DNA from: Octopus sinensis
Lineage: Eukaryota
Reading direction: 5' to 3'
NCBI RefSeq assembly: GCF_006345805.1
Contig: NC_043004.1
Span: forward strand, 13,454,001 to 13,518,000
Length of the DNA: 64,000 nucleotides
Positions 41,503 through 55,977 of this stretch are shown in pieces. Within the stretch, counting starts at the first letter, position 1, and each line of letters opens with the position of its first letter. Position numbers and translations under genes: made by a program. A model generated the notes under the pieces. The model saw only the letters and a list, made by a program, of their open reading frames with translations. It had not been told where the DNA came from and searched no databases.

Positions 41503-42094
41503 AGAAGGAGCTTCTACAGGACTAGAACTGTTTCATTCAAGACAAATCTTCAGGAAGCTAGTTAACAAGAATTGTATTGGCATTTATACATTTAGGAAGG
41601 TTTAAAGGGGTGGTGGTGGGGGACTTTTTGGGGGTAGGCATAGCGCAAAAATATCATACTTGGGAGAGTGGTCAAGGAGTCAGTGGTAAATTAGATAAAA
41701 GAATAAATAAAAGAATAAAAAAATATATAGAAGAATAGTTTTAGGTAAATAAGGAGATTCTCACTTATACCTATACACATATGTATACATATATACACAC
41801 ACACACATATACATACACACATGCATACACACACACACATATATACATACACACATATATACATACATATATCTACATATACATATATATATATATACAT
41901 ATATACACACATATATGCATATACATATACACACACACATGTATATATACACACACGCCAACACATGCATATACACGCAAAAAAATATATACATACACAC
42001 ACATACGCATACACACATACACACACATATCCACATACACACATGCACACACAACACACAAGTCCCTATATACACATATATACATATACACATA

Positions 42095-42128
<34 letters not shown>

Positions 42129-42693
42129 CACATATGTGTACCTATACATACCTACACGAACACACATATACATACAGATACAAACCCATTCCCTAATTTT
42201 AATTTTATTATCTTCATTTATTACTTTTGTTATCTTTGACCGCTGGTCACAAGCATCTTGGCAACGACAGCAAGTCCATTTATCTTTCTACTTGAACACA
42301 AGCACTCACTCACGCACGCACACTCATTAGCACGCACGCTCACTCATTCGTACACTCATACACATACACGCACGTACGCGTTATATTTATACATACATAC
42401 ATCTACATACATTCACATATATACACATACGTACGCGTACCTACAGATTCATGTCTACATATACACCGATAAATATATATACAACACACATACACACCTA
42501 CATACAAATACATACTTATATATATATATATATAAATATATTATATATATATATATATACACGCATATATACATACATAATACAACACCATACATACATA
42601 CATATATACACATACACACACCCACACGTCTACATATACATACATATACGCGCATGCATACACACACACTTACATACATATACACATATATAT

Positions 42694-42724
<31 letters not shown>

Positions 42725-43205
42725 TACACACACATACATATACATACATACATATACATATATACACACACACATACATACACATATACACATACACACA
42801 CATACACATATACATGCGTACCCATGCACACACACACGCGCCTCCTTATGTTCATACTTACATGCATACAAAAAAATAAATAATAAAATATATATACGTG
42901 CAGTTATTCATATACATACATGCATACTCAAAAAATAAATAATAAATATTAAGTATATATACGTGCAGTTAACTATTATACAGACGGATACATACATATA
43001 AACTTACACACACACACACATATATATATATATATTATATATATATATACATACTTACACATATGTACATATACATACACACATACGTAACTCTACGTAC
43101 CTACATATACATAAACACACGAGCGTACACGTATATGTACATATACACATACACATACACACACATATATACATACATACATATACATACACACATATAC
43201 ATATA

Positions 43206-43247
<42 letters not shown>

Positions 43248-43431
43248 CACATACACACACACATATACATACATATGCATACACACACATACACATACAC
43301 ACACCACACATATATATATATATATACACATATACACATATATATATACATACATATACATACACATACATATACATATGCACACATACACACACACATA
43401 CATATATACATACACACACATACATATACAT

Positions 43432-43467
<36 letters not shown>

Positions 43468-43614
43468 GTGTGCAAACATACATACATACTCATACACACA
43501 CACACACTTACATATACATATATACACACACTTACACACTTATATATATATATATATATACATATATATACATATATACACATATACACATATGTACACA
43601 TACACACACATATT

Positions 43615-43680
<66 letters not shown>

Positions 43681-44098
43681 CACATATACACATATATATA
43701 TATACATACATATATATATATATACCCACACCTACACATACACACATATATACATATATACATACATATACACACATACTCACACACACACATATATATA
43801 CATACATACACATACACATACTTATATATATATACATACACATACACATGCACATACGTATAACTCTACATACCCACATATACATATATACATATATACA
43901 CACACATATATATACCCATCTACAATCTGTATATACACACACATACATGCACATACACATAACTTTACATACCTACATATACATCGACATACTCGCGTAC
44001 ACTTATATATATATATATATATATACACATACACATACATATACACATATATATACATACACAAATATATATATACACACACACATATATATATATAC

Positions 44099-44149
<51 letters not shown>

Positions 44150-44160
44150 CACATATATAC

Positions 44161-44194
<34 letters not shown>

Positions 44195-45989
44195 CAACAA
44201 TTGAGGTAAAGTTAATTAGTTATTAATCAATTTCACTAAGTATTCAGTATGTAAAAGGACCATTATTTTTTTGAGTAAACATTGTCTGAGAGAAAATTTT
44301 CTTTAAGTAGTGGAAATGGCTAAAAAATTGTTTTGGCTGCTATTTCTAGAAAGTTCAGTATGTGGCAAGTAATTTATTTTACTAAGCCCTAATTATATAA
44401 TATTTTATATATACATACACATACATACACACATACATATACACATACATATGCATACACACATATATACATATATACATATATACACACACACACACAC
44501 ACATACATATATATATATTGTTTTACATACATACACACACACACACATAATACATGCGTATATTCCTACTATACCCATACATTTCTATACATATATACGA
44601 TACACATATACAAGCGTGCACAAACAATATGTGAAAGGTCTTAGGAGAAAAGGTAATCGGGGGTGCTAGGGGAACGGTGGGATTGGCGGGGGGGTTGTGG
44701 GTGGGGTGTCATCAATCTGGTTGCCGGGTAGGTCTATAGTTCTTGTAGTTTGCATAATTCTTATGCATGCAATTTGGGGAGTGTTCTGAGATCTTGTTAA
44801 GGAGAGGGCCTTTGGCGAACAAGATCTCTAGCTCTGCTCTCCGAAATGCAAAGGTCACAGCAGGTATGGCCTCCTGTGTACGAACGCGCCTTCTGTAGTA
44901 GTTTCCACTTGGTCTTGAAGGGGATGGAGTTCCTTTTAAGGTACCAGATGTGGGCGGCGAGGGTAGTTTGGTTGGATTTATCCGGTCGCCGGAACGAGTG
45001 TGTGTGGGCGTACCCACGGGTCTTAAAGCTGTTTGACGTCATTCCGATGTAGGATTTTCTTTTATCGTCAGGGCCTGATCTTACCTCGCATGTATATACT
45101 AGGTCCCTCTGTAGGCAGTTGTTGTTGAGGGGGCAGGTGGTTTTATCAGGGCAGTTGCAATTGCTATCGGACGTTGGATGGGCCTCGGAAAAAGTAGATA
45201 TATTAAGTTTTTTCACATTGTTGTTGGCTAGGTTCCTGGCTAGATTGGCCGTGGTAGAGTAGGAGAGTCTAATAGTGTTCTTATTAGGATAGTGTAGTAC
45301 TTATGTTGGGTGGGGAAGTGTTTCTGTAGGAGAGTGAAGAAGATTTTAGCTACAGGTGTAGCGACCTCACGGTTGAAGGGGGGGGGGGTTGTACCAGCTA
45401 ATGTGTCTTCGTCTATTTTTCTGGGTTGGCGTGGGGCTATACTAGTATAGGTAATCTTATCTTTAAGCCACTGCGGGCCAGGGCCTCGTTGTAATAGGGG
45501 GCTGCGGCTTAAAGATATCTCCGTGGCGGACAGATAGCTAGAAATTCTAATTGAGACACTTTTTACTAGGTTATCTAATATATATTTGGGGTGGTTGGAA
45601 TTAATATCTATATATCTAAGGGATTCATTTGGTTTGGGTGGTACGGGTAATAAAGTGAGGTTTTTAAGTCGAGGGTGACGTCAAGGAAGTTAGCTTTGGT
45701 TAAGTTGGATTCTAAGGTAATCCTAAGGTTTAAGTCTTTAAAGAAGGTTTAAAGATGTTTCCGGAACCCATCCGTGGTCCTGGGGTTTATTTTGTGGAGG
45801 GCGAAAAGACCACCGGAGAGGCCTGTGAATAGGGTTTTCAGCCTATGGAGGATGAAAAGGCCTACTAGGTCACTTATTTCAGCCGAGTCGCTAGCACCCA
45901 TGCTGACGTCTAAGGGGGTCACAGATTTTTTGTTGATCCAGTGGGATCCGTCATGGAAAAGAAAAGTCTTACGTGCGTGGAGGATCACA
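41503..45989 (-). mobile_element. Left arm of the giant palindrome: 5'-truncated PLE (RT remnant and GIY-YIG, ~44760-45989) plus ~3.2-kb microsatellite-rich tail ending in a hammerhead
   Basis: ILHARKTFLFHDGSHWINKK..PLDVSMGASDSAEISDLVGLFILHRL (PLE RT region; YRDD motif missing) and CNCPDKTTCPLNNNCLQRDLVYTCEV...SYIGMTSNSFKTR...LAAHIWYLK...CDLCISE. Confidence 0.9.
41509..41559 (-). ncRNA. Type I hammerhead motif at the outer end of the left arm
   Basis: Minus strand: agcttc-CTGAAGA-tttgtcttgaat-GAA-ACAG ttctagtc CTGT-A-gaagct. Confidence 0.7.
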
Positions 45990-47432
45990 TCTTTTCCATG
46001 ACGGATCCCACTGGATCAACAAAAAATCTGTGACCCCCTTCGACGTTAGCATAGAATTTCTAGCCTGTCCGCCACGGAAGATATCTTTAAGGCCGCAGCC
46101 CCCTATTACAACGAGCCCTGGCCCGCAGTGGCTTTAAAGAAATAAGATTACCTATACTAGTATAAGGCCCACGCCAACCCAGGAAAAATAGACGAAGACC
46201 ATTAGCTGGTACAACCCCCCCTTCAACCCGCCCCCCGAGGTCGCTACACCTGTAGCTAAAATCTTCTTCACTCTCCTACAGAAACACTTCCCCCCAACAT
46301 AAGTACTACACTATCCTAAATAAGAACACTATTAGACTCTCCTACTCTACCCGCCCAACTAGCCATGAACCTAGCCAACACTGTGAAAAAACTTAATATA
46401 TCTACTTTTTCCGAGGCCCATCCAACGTCCGATAGCAATTGCAACTGCCCTGATAAAACCACCTGCCCCCTCAACAACAACTGCCTACAGAGGGACCTAG
46501 TATTACATGCGAGGTAAGATCAGGCCCTGACGATAAAAGAAAATCCTACATCGGAATGACGTCAACAGCTTTAAGACCCGTTGGTACGCCCACACAACTC
46601 GTTCCGGCGACCGGATAATCCACCAACTACCCTCGCCGCCCACATCTGGTACCTTAAAAGGAACTCCATCCCCTTCAAGACCAAGTGGAAACTACTACAG
46701 AAGGCGCGTTCGTACACAGGAGGCCATACCTGCTGTGACCTTTGCATTTCGGAGAGCCTAGAGATCTTGTTCGCCAAAGGCCCTCTCCTTAACAAGATCT
46801 CAGAACACACTCCCCAAATTGCATGCATAAGAATTATGCAACTACAAGAACTATAGACCTACCGGCAACCAGATTGATGACACCCCCCCACAACCCCCCC
46901 CCCCCAATCCCACCGTTCCCCTAGCACCCCCGATTACCTTTTCTCCTAAGACCTTTCACATATTGTATGTGCACGCTTGTATATGTGTATCGTATATATG
47001 TATAGAAATGTATGGGTATAGTAGGAATATACGCATGTATTATGTGTGTGTGTGTGTGTATGTATGTAAAAAAATATATATATATGTATGTGTGTGTGTG
47101 TGTGTGTATATATGTATATATGTATATATGTGTGTATGCATATGTATGTGTATATGTATGTGTGTATGTATGTGTATGTATATATAAAATATTATATAAT
47201 TAGGGCTTAGTAAAATAAATTACTTTGCCACATACTGAACTTTCTAGAAATAGCAGCCAAAAAAGTTTTTTAGCCATTTCCACTACTTAAAGAAAATTTT
47301 CTCTCAGACAATGTTTACTCAAAAAATAATGGTCCTTTTACATACTGAATACTTGGTGAAATTGATTAATAACTAATTAACTTTACCCTCAATTGTTGAT
47401 ATATATATATATATGTATATATATTTATGTAT

Positions 47433-47477
<45 letters not shown>

Positions 47478-47487
47478 TGTATGTGTA

Positions 47488-47518
<31 letters not shown>

Positions 47519-47569
47519 GTGTGTGTATATATATATTTGTGTATGTATATATATATATATGTGTATATG

Positions 47570-47609
<40 letters not shown>

Positions 47610-47945
47610 TGTACGCGAGTACGTCGATGTATATGCAGGTATGTAAAGTTGTTGTGTATGTGCATGTATGTGTGTGTATATACAGATTGTAGATGGGTAT
47701 ATATATATGTGTGTGTATATATACATATATATGTGTATATATATATGTGTGTGTATATATGTATATATGTATATGTGGGTATGTAGTGTTATACGTATGT
47801 GCATGTGTATGTGTATGTGTATGTATGTATATATATGTGTGTGTGTGAGTATGTGTGTATATGTATGTATATATGTATATATGTGTGTATGTGTAGGTGT
47901 GGGTATATATATATATGTATGTATATATATATGTGTGTATATGTG

Positions 47946-47988
<43 letters not shown>

Positions 47989-48368
47989 ATATGTGTGTGT
48001 ATGTGAATATGTGTGTGTATGTGTACATATGTGTATATGTGTATATATGTATATATCTATATATATATATATATAAGTGTGTAAGTGTGTGTATATATGT
48101 ATATGTAAGTGTGTGTGTGTATGAGTATGTATGTATGTTTGCACACATGTATATATATATATATAAATATATATGTATATGTATATGTATGGGTGTGTGT
48201 ATGTATATATGTATGTGTGTGTGTGTATGTGTGCATATGTATTTGTATGTGTATGTATATGTATGTATATATATATGTGTATATGGGTATATATATATAT
48301 ATATGTGTGTATGCGTATGTGTGTATGCATATGTATGTATATATGTGTGTGTATGTGTGTATATATAT

Positions 48369-48414
<46 letters not shown>

Positions 48415-48553
48415 GTGTGTGTATGTATATGTATGTATATATGTGTGTGTATGTGTATGTGTATATGTACATATACGTGTACGCTCATGTGTTTATGTAT
48501 ATGTAGGTACGTAGAGTTATGTATGTGTGTATGTATATGTACATATGTGTAAG

Positions 48554-48605
<52 letters not shown>

Positions 48606-48930
48606 GTGTGTGTAAGTTTATATGTATGTATCCGTCTGTATAATAGTTAACTGCACGTATATATACTTAATATTTATTATTTATTTTTTGAGTATGCATG
48701 TAAGTATGAACATAAGGAGGCGCGTGTGTGTGTGTGTATGTGTAAGCATATGTATAGATATATGTATACTTTACGCATGTGTGTACTTATGTGTATATGG
48801 ATGGCGCGTGTGTGTGTGTGCATGGGTACGCATGTATATGTGTATGTGTGTGTATGTGTATATGTGTGTATTTTGTGTGTGTATATATGTATATGTATGT
48901 ATGTATATGTATGTGTGTATATATATATTA

Positions 48931-48961
<31 letters not shown>

Positions 48962-49726
48962 ATATATATATGTGTATGTGTATGTATGTGTGTATGTATG
49001 CATGCGCGTATATGTATGTATATGTATACGTGTGGGTGTGTGTATGTGTATATATGTATGTATGTATGGGTGTATGTATGTATGTATATATACGTGTATA
49101 TATATATATATATATGTATGTATTTGTATGTAGGTGTATATGTATGTGTGTATATATATTTATCGGTGTATATGTAGACATGAATCTGTAGGTACGCGTA
49201 CGTATGTGTATATATGTGAATGTATGTAGATGTATGTATGTATGAATATAACGCGTACGTGCGTGTATGTGTTTAGTGTACGAATGAGTGAGCGTGCGTG
49301 CTAATGAGTGTGCGTGCGTGAGTGAGTGCTTGTGTTCAAGTAGAAAGATAAATGGACTTGCTGTCGTAGCCAAGATGCTTGTGACCAGCGGTCAAAGATA
49401 ACAAAGTAATAAATGAAGATAATAAAATTAAAATTAGGGAATGGGTTTGTATCTGTATGTATAGTGTGTACGTGTAGGTATGTATAGGTACACATATGTG
49501 TATATATATATATATATGTATATATAATATATATATATGTGTATATGTATATATGTGTATATAGGGACTTGTGTGTTGTGTGTGCATGTGTGTATTGTGG
49601 ATATGTGTGTGTATGTGTGTATGTGTATGTGTGTGTATGTATATATTTTTTTGTGTGTATATATATGTGTGGTCGTGTGTGTTATATACATGTGTGTGTG
49701 TATATGTATATGCATATATGTGTGTA

Positions 49727-49764
<38 letters not shown>

Positions 49765-50131
49765 GATATATGTATGTATATATGTGTGTATGTATATATG
49801 TGTGTGTGTGTATGCATTGTTATGTATGTGTGTGTGTGTGTGTGTATATATGTATACATATGTGTATAGGTTATAAGTGAGAATCTCCTTATTTACCTAA
49901 AACTCTATTCTTCTATATATTTTTTATTCTTTTATTTATTCTTTTATCTAATTTACCACTGACCCTTGACCACATCCCCCAAGTATGATATTTTTGCGCT
50001 ATGCCTACCCCCAAAAAGCCCCCCCCCTTTAAACCTGCCTAAATGTATAAATGCCAATACAATTCTTGTTAACTAGCTTCCTGAAGATTTCTCTTGAATG
50101 AAACAGTTCTAGTCCTGTAGAAGCTCCTTCT
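45990..50131 (+). mobile_element. Right arm of the giant palindrome: inverted copy of the left arm lacking the counterpart of 45550-45899
   Basis: Unique islands mirror the left arm: 46053-46960 vs 44590-45549, 47200-47400 vs 44200-44400, 49330-49450 vs 42180-42310, and 49870-50131 vs 41503-41775. GIY-YIG C-terminus in ORF 46581-46856. Confidence 0.9.
50075..50125 (+). ncRNA. Type I hammerhead motif at the outer end of the right arm; predicted cleavage after GUA at 50119
   Basis: agcttc-CTGAAGA-t TTC tctt GAA t-GAA-ACAG ttctagtc CTGT-A-gaagct. 6-bp stem I, 4-bp stem III, intact core, weak stem II. Confidence 0.75.
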
Positions 50132-50256
50132 CTATATATAAATTAATTTTCTCTGCTCTATGTATTGAGTACCTTATTTACTGTGGTTAACCCCGAATCA
50201 ACCCGGGACCTACATATATATATATATATAATATATATATCATATATATATATATA

Positions 50257-50291
<35 letters not shown>

Positions 50292-52992
50292 ATGCATAAT
50301 GTATATATATACATACATACATGCATGCATACATATATATACATGCACACATACTCATAAATGCGCATGCAAGTACGTATCAATGCATGAATTTGAATAT
50401 ATAAAAAAAATCTATAATTTATATGAATAATTCCGTAATTATTAATGAATACTACACTATATATTTATGCGTTAACATTTATTCATACATATTCATTGAG
50501 GTGTGTTTCTATGCGCTATGTTCATATACATTCATATTGCCTCATACACACTAGTGTCTAAGGTTTATCTTAACAGTGATCACGGAGATGTTTCATTTTA
50601 TTTCGACTCTAAATTATCTGCTAAAATCTAGCTTACTTCTATGTATAATCGTTGATGCTCAATACACAGTTTTGCATTCTGTTAACTTCAGTGGTAGATG
50701 AAAACAGACGTATATGAAGAAACAATCAAAGTTAAATGGAGAAATATAAACATCTGTATGCGTAAATATGTGTATGGGTTTGTTAACGATGGAAAGACCA
50801 CTCAAGGAGCTCTGACATCATGTTTTGTAGTTAAAAAAATACCTCTAGTTATTTAGATAACTACAGTGAGGGTGAGAACCAATCATTCATTCTTGTCTTT
50901 TAAGCAAATTATTTTTCTTATTTACATATTACAAATTGGTTTCACTTTCAAAGCTTCGAAAATAATTGGCAAATTAAACGATGCTATCAGGGACTCGGGT
51001 TATATCTCTGAATAAAGAAAAGTAAGACGAAGATATAAAATTTAGCTTACAACGGAAGACAGCAATTATTTCAGTCTCGTGATTTTTAAATTTTAAATAG
51101 CAACAATACTGAAATTGTTGGCAAACCTATCATTTTCACTTTGATTCTTGGCACGTGACAGTCTCCCTGTGTTTCTTAAATGTATTTACTTTATTCATCA
51201 GAAATGGCTTTTACTTCATTATGTTGGGCATTCGATTGATGCACAAAAAAGCGTATCCGTCTGAAATTGTAATTTTGTTGATGATGAATTGTTATCTTCT
51301 ACTTTCGTATTAATCCCGTGTTTGTCCAGTTTATCCTCATTAAAATAATTAAATTGCTTGAAGCACACCTGAAGAGATTCTTTACTTTAAATATCTTTTT
51401 AAAACTTAAATTCACAAGATTTACTTTCAGTAAATTCCAATATTAGGAGTTCATATATTTTGACTACCAATGTTAATAACATTTTAGGAATTTTTCTTTT
51501 GCTTTTGATTATTCTTAAATTTCAAAGGCCCTCTACCTTTTTGTATATAGTCTCAATAACGAAATATTTGGATGTCGATCTTCTTCTACATTTCTTGTCT
51601 TATGTGCTGATGAATAAGATAGAGATTTAAGAGTTTTTAAAGTGAATATTGCCCTTCGTAATTCCTGAATATTTATTGCTTTGGCACGTTCTCTCCCGTA
51701 TTTTACGTTACGGGATATAAACTTTCAAGTCATTTTCTCCTTAAACTTTGAAGATGTTTATACAGAACTTAAACACTCAATACAACTCTGCAAATTCTAC
51801 ATGCCAAAATTTATAGAATACTTGATTTTGTATACTTTGGAAAGCTATAGTAAACAGCGAAAGTTGTTTTGAGTCTGTTTGTTTGAAACAGATAACAGTT
51901 CCAGAGTTTGTGTATTTTTAATCAATAAACTATTTGGAAAAAAAGGTATTTATACCGTTAATTAGTTTATAATATTCACCGTCGTAATCGAAACCCTATG
52001 CCTTTGAGATAGAGCAATCATGCAAGTTTTGTTTCTAGCTGTCATGGAAATACTTATAGATGCTGCTGTCATTTAATCTGAGCAAATCATATATTTGGAT
52101 TTCTAACTATGTTATGGCTTCTTAGAGTACATTTGACGAATTCTTTTCGCCGTTGCACTCGCAGATATTTGCCCTTGTTGTTATTGATGTAGAAAAAAAT
52201 ATTTCACACGATGAATATTATTTCTTCCATATTGAATGTTTGTCTATTTGCTTATGTATATTGGTAGAAAATTATTCAGCCACAATTCTTATCCGTATTC
52301 ATATGGGAATATAATATAACGTTTACAACAGAAAAATAAAGCAATGCGAGTTTCTTTTGCTTGTTTTTTGCTCACTAATACTGCTATATTTACACTGAAT
52401 GCTATTATTTTTACATCGACTATTATGATATTATGACATCAGAGAATTTCTTATTGTGATTGAGTTTTCAGTATACAACAATATCTACAATTTACATTAT
52501 TTAACAGAATTCACTTACCGAGAATTACATTATTTCGTATAATAGTAGACGTAGATTACTGTAAAATTTAGAACATATAATATTGTACAGATTGTTGTTG
52601 ATATTGATTGTTTTCCATATACTCCATGAACTACATAACTTAAAGAATTCATGAAATTTACCTCTTTAATCTGCCTTTTAAATGATATTTAATCTGGAAG
52701 TTCTCTAAGAAGAACATTTGTGGGTAAGAGTGGAGGTATAACACAGTCAGATAATGCATATTATTAATAAATTTCTAATATTATTAGTTCTCCTTAAACT
52801 CTTAAACTTCCAAATATTGGGCCACGACCAATCAGTGGTCTTCAGAAATATATTCCAGCTTTATCGAATAATCAATCGTGAGCCGCGTTAATAATCACAA
52901 TATTCGAGGGTATATTGATATTAACTCACAAACACCTCTTCTTGAACCAAGTATAATTTATTCAGTGGTGCAATTAATTGACATTCAATATA

Positions 52993-53872
52993 CGAAGTCT
53001 GATCAATAAATATCCGGACTTTTGCCAGAGTAACGAAGTGGAAGCATGCAGAGTAAGGACGCTCGGCACAGGTTGACTTTGAACTTTGCTGTGCATGCAC
53101 ACTAAGATTTAACGTTCAAGCTCACTTCCACTGTTTACAGCAGTGCTTGGAAGGAAGGTGTATAGCGTATGATCGTCGCATTGACCATGACAGAGAAAGT
53201 TGTTATGGCGATACCCGTTCAGATGCCTATGCAAATTTGTAGAATGTGTATAGAGCGAAGTGCATGAGCTGCACACAAGTGCACAAGTGGTTCAGACTTT
53301 CCAAGGTAGTCGAAAAATTGTTGATACCTGCGAACGTTAGGGAGACCCCCCAACCAACCAGCAGAACTGAGAAACAGATCGCAGATGTGCGTCCATCTGT
53401 GAGTGTAAGTTGTCGAGTCACGATACTTGGGTTATCAGAGAATGCACAGATTAGGTACAATTCAGTTCAGTCCATTATTACTGAAGATTTCGGTATGAGA
53501 CGCATGTCTGCCATGTTTGTACCAAAACTGCTTTCAGCTGACCAAAAAGACACTCGGGTTTCAGTTGCACAAGATCTCCTTGATTGTGTCGAGAATGATA
53601 AAAACTTTGTGTAGGCCTCTGAGCAGATATTTGGCAATATCTGATGCAGATTCCCTGCTCATCTTTCTCTGTCATGGTCAATGTGATGATCATATGCTAC
53701 ACATGTTCATTCCAAGTACTTTTATAAACAACGGAAGTGAGCTAGAACATTAAAACTTACTGCGCATGCACAACAGAGATTAAGGTGTATCATCTGGGAC
53801 GAGCAACTTTACTCTGCGTGCTTTAGCTTCGTTACTATAGCAAAAATCCGGATACTAATTGATCACACTACG
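52993..53872 (+). mobile_element. Mariner-family derivative flanked by TA, with an N-terminal transposase remnant and an inverted second left end
   Basis: ta|cgaagtctgatcaataaatatccgga ... tccggatactaattgatcacactacg|ta. MSCTQVHKWFR...IITEDFGMRRMSAMFVPKLLSADQK is mariner HTH/linker-like. Confidence 0.85.
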
Positions 53873-55107
53873 TATCCATTCTTGGACAGAGGTGACACAT
53901 CTGGATTATAATTGAACTAAGTTTTCGCATTATCCGCCAATGAATAAATTCCTAAGGAGTAATTGGCTTAAAATATTCATATTCTTCAGAGTAATTTACA
54001 TTTTACTCCCCCTCATCATTGACTACAAAGTTGTCTGCAGTAAAACACTGTGTGACTTCACCAGGCAGGAGATAGTGAGGTCAATTATTTAGTCGAAAAT
54101 CATTTTTGTTTGAGAGGTTTCGTTATTATTTTCTGGTAAATATTTTCAATTTGTTTCAGAGGTTTCGTTATTATTTTCTGGTAAATATTTTCCATGTTAT
54201 CGTTTATTATTTGTCAGTGTTCACAAATTCTCATATACTGTCTCTAGGATGTCAGCCCTTTTTGCATCATTGCTGGTGGTGTTTCAATCATGCCTGTATT
54301 TAAATCGTTATCATAAACAAGAGTTTGGTTTCATTTTCGTTGTAATTGACTGAATGAAGAGACATGTAATCTAGTACCGGGGAGAAGTTGATTAATTTCA
54401 TATATCTCCACGAAGGCGATTACGCGAAACAATTCTCTTTATCAGAATGGGAACGTCTTGGTACAAGCTGTACGGTTTCACATATATCTCCATGAAGAAA
54501 AAGAAACAATTGCAGCGTGGAAGATGTTTCTAAGCCATATAAACGCACACAAAAACCGTTAGTTTCACTTCGACATTTAAATTTAATTTGTGTCAAATTA
54601 TTTCCGTCGCTTTGAAGCCGCGACAAAACTTCGTGCACCACAAGTGTTCCACGCCGCAATTGCTTTTGCTTCAGCACATTATCTCCGATCAAGCCACTTG
54701 TTATGCAAGTACATCTCCGTAAAATAAAAAGGACAATTTTCTCTAGTTCTGATCGTCAGGAGAATATTTACACAGTGGAGTCTAAACAATTCTTGGAATG
54801 TCAAATCTCAAAGCAGCAATTTTCATATTCTATATGAAAAGCAGCAATTTTCATATTCTACATTGCAGCAAATGTTGAATGAGAATAATGAATTTTTCAA
54901 GCATGGACAGAGTGTGTCGCAACCCTCTGTAAATTGTTCTGCCATTACTAATCGAAAATGCCACATGTTGCATTGATTATGTATAATGTGTATATTCATC
55001 TATCTATCTAACTACATATATATATACACGCACACACACGCAATATATAGTTCAGAACACTTGAGAGTAATTATCATTATATATAATCTTAAGTATGCAT
55101 GTATACG

Positions 55108-55139
<32 letters not shown>

Positions 55140-55234
55140 CATATGTGCGTGTATGTGTGTCTGTATAGACAAACGCAAATTCATACACACGTGCACACAC
55201 ATATATATACACATACATATATATATCTGTATTT

Positions 55235-55284
<50 letters not shown>

Positions 55285-55328
55285 CATACATGCATATATA
55301 TATGTCTATGTATGTAGGCATAAAGAAA

Positions 55329-55360
<32 letters not shown>

Positions 55361-55610
55361 CATTCATATATACATACATACATACATACATACACTTTCG
55401 TGTAGATTACGAATATAATGGAACGCAATTATATTTAATTGATTCTGCCATTATAATAATAATTGAGTTACATTTTAAAAATACTTCAAAAAGATTGAGA
55501 ATTAGAGAACGGTATATCTAAAGACGGTATGAATACTCTTATTTTTCCCCAACCATTTAAATTAATCTCAGTCTTCATTTTTTGCGCACTTTTTACTGTT
55601 TATGTGTATA

Positions 55611-55754
55611 GGCGCAGGATTGGCTATTTGGCATAGGTGCAGGTGGGGCTGTGTGGTAAGCACGTTGGGTAAGTGTCTTTTACTATAGCCTTGGGCCGAC
55701 CAAAACCTTGTGAGTGGATTTGGCACACGGAAACTGAAAGAAGCCCGTCGTATG

Positions 55755-55785
<31 letters not shown>

Positions 55786-55977
55786 CTGTGTTTGTACCCC
55801 CAACATTGCTTGACCATCAATACTAGTGTATTTACGTTCCCGTAACATAGCGGTTCGGCAAAAAAGCCGATATAATAAGTACTAGGCTTACAAAGAATAA
55901 GTCCTGGGGTTTATTTGCTCGACTAAAGGCGGTGCTCCAGCATGGCCGCAGTCAAATGACTGAAACAAGTAAAAGAA
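55611..55977 (+). mobile_element. SINE family A, near full length
   Basis: ggcgcagga...ggctgtgtggtaag...ggtaagtgtctt...ggaaactgaaagaagcccgtcg...gactgaaacaagtaaaag. Confidence 0.9.

Noticed and set aside
44760-46856. Selenoprotein-type or N-terminal-endonuclease PLE, or telomeric endonuclease-less PLE
   Set aside because: The endonuclease is present and C-terminal, no conserved in-frame TGA is evident, and no telomeric repeats flank it.
51230-51950. Decayed minus-strand coding region (LRR-like impression)
   Set aside because: Many stops and no recognisable motif order.
54590-54632. Half hammerhead on the minus strand (GTCGC...GCGAC GGAA)
   Set aside because: CUGANGA core absent and GAAA mutated.
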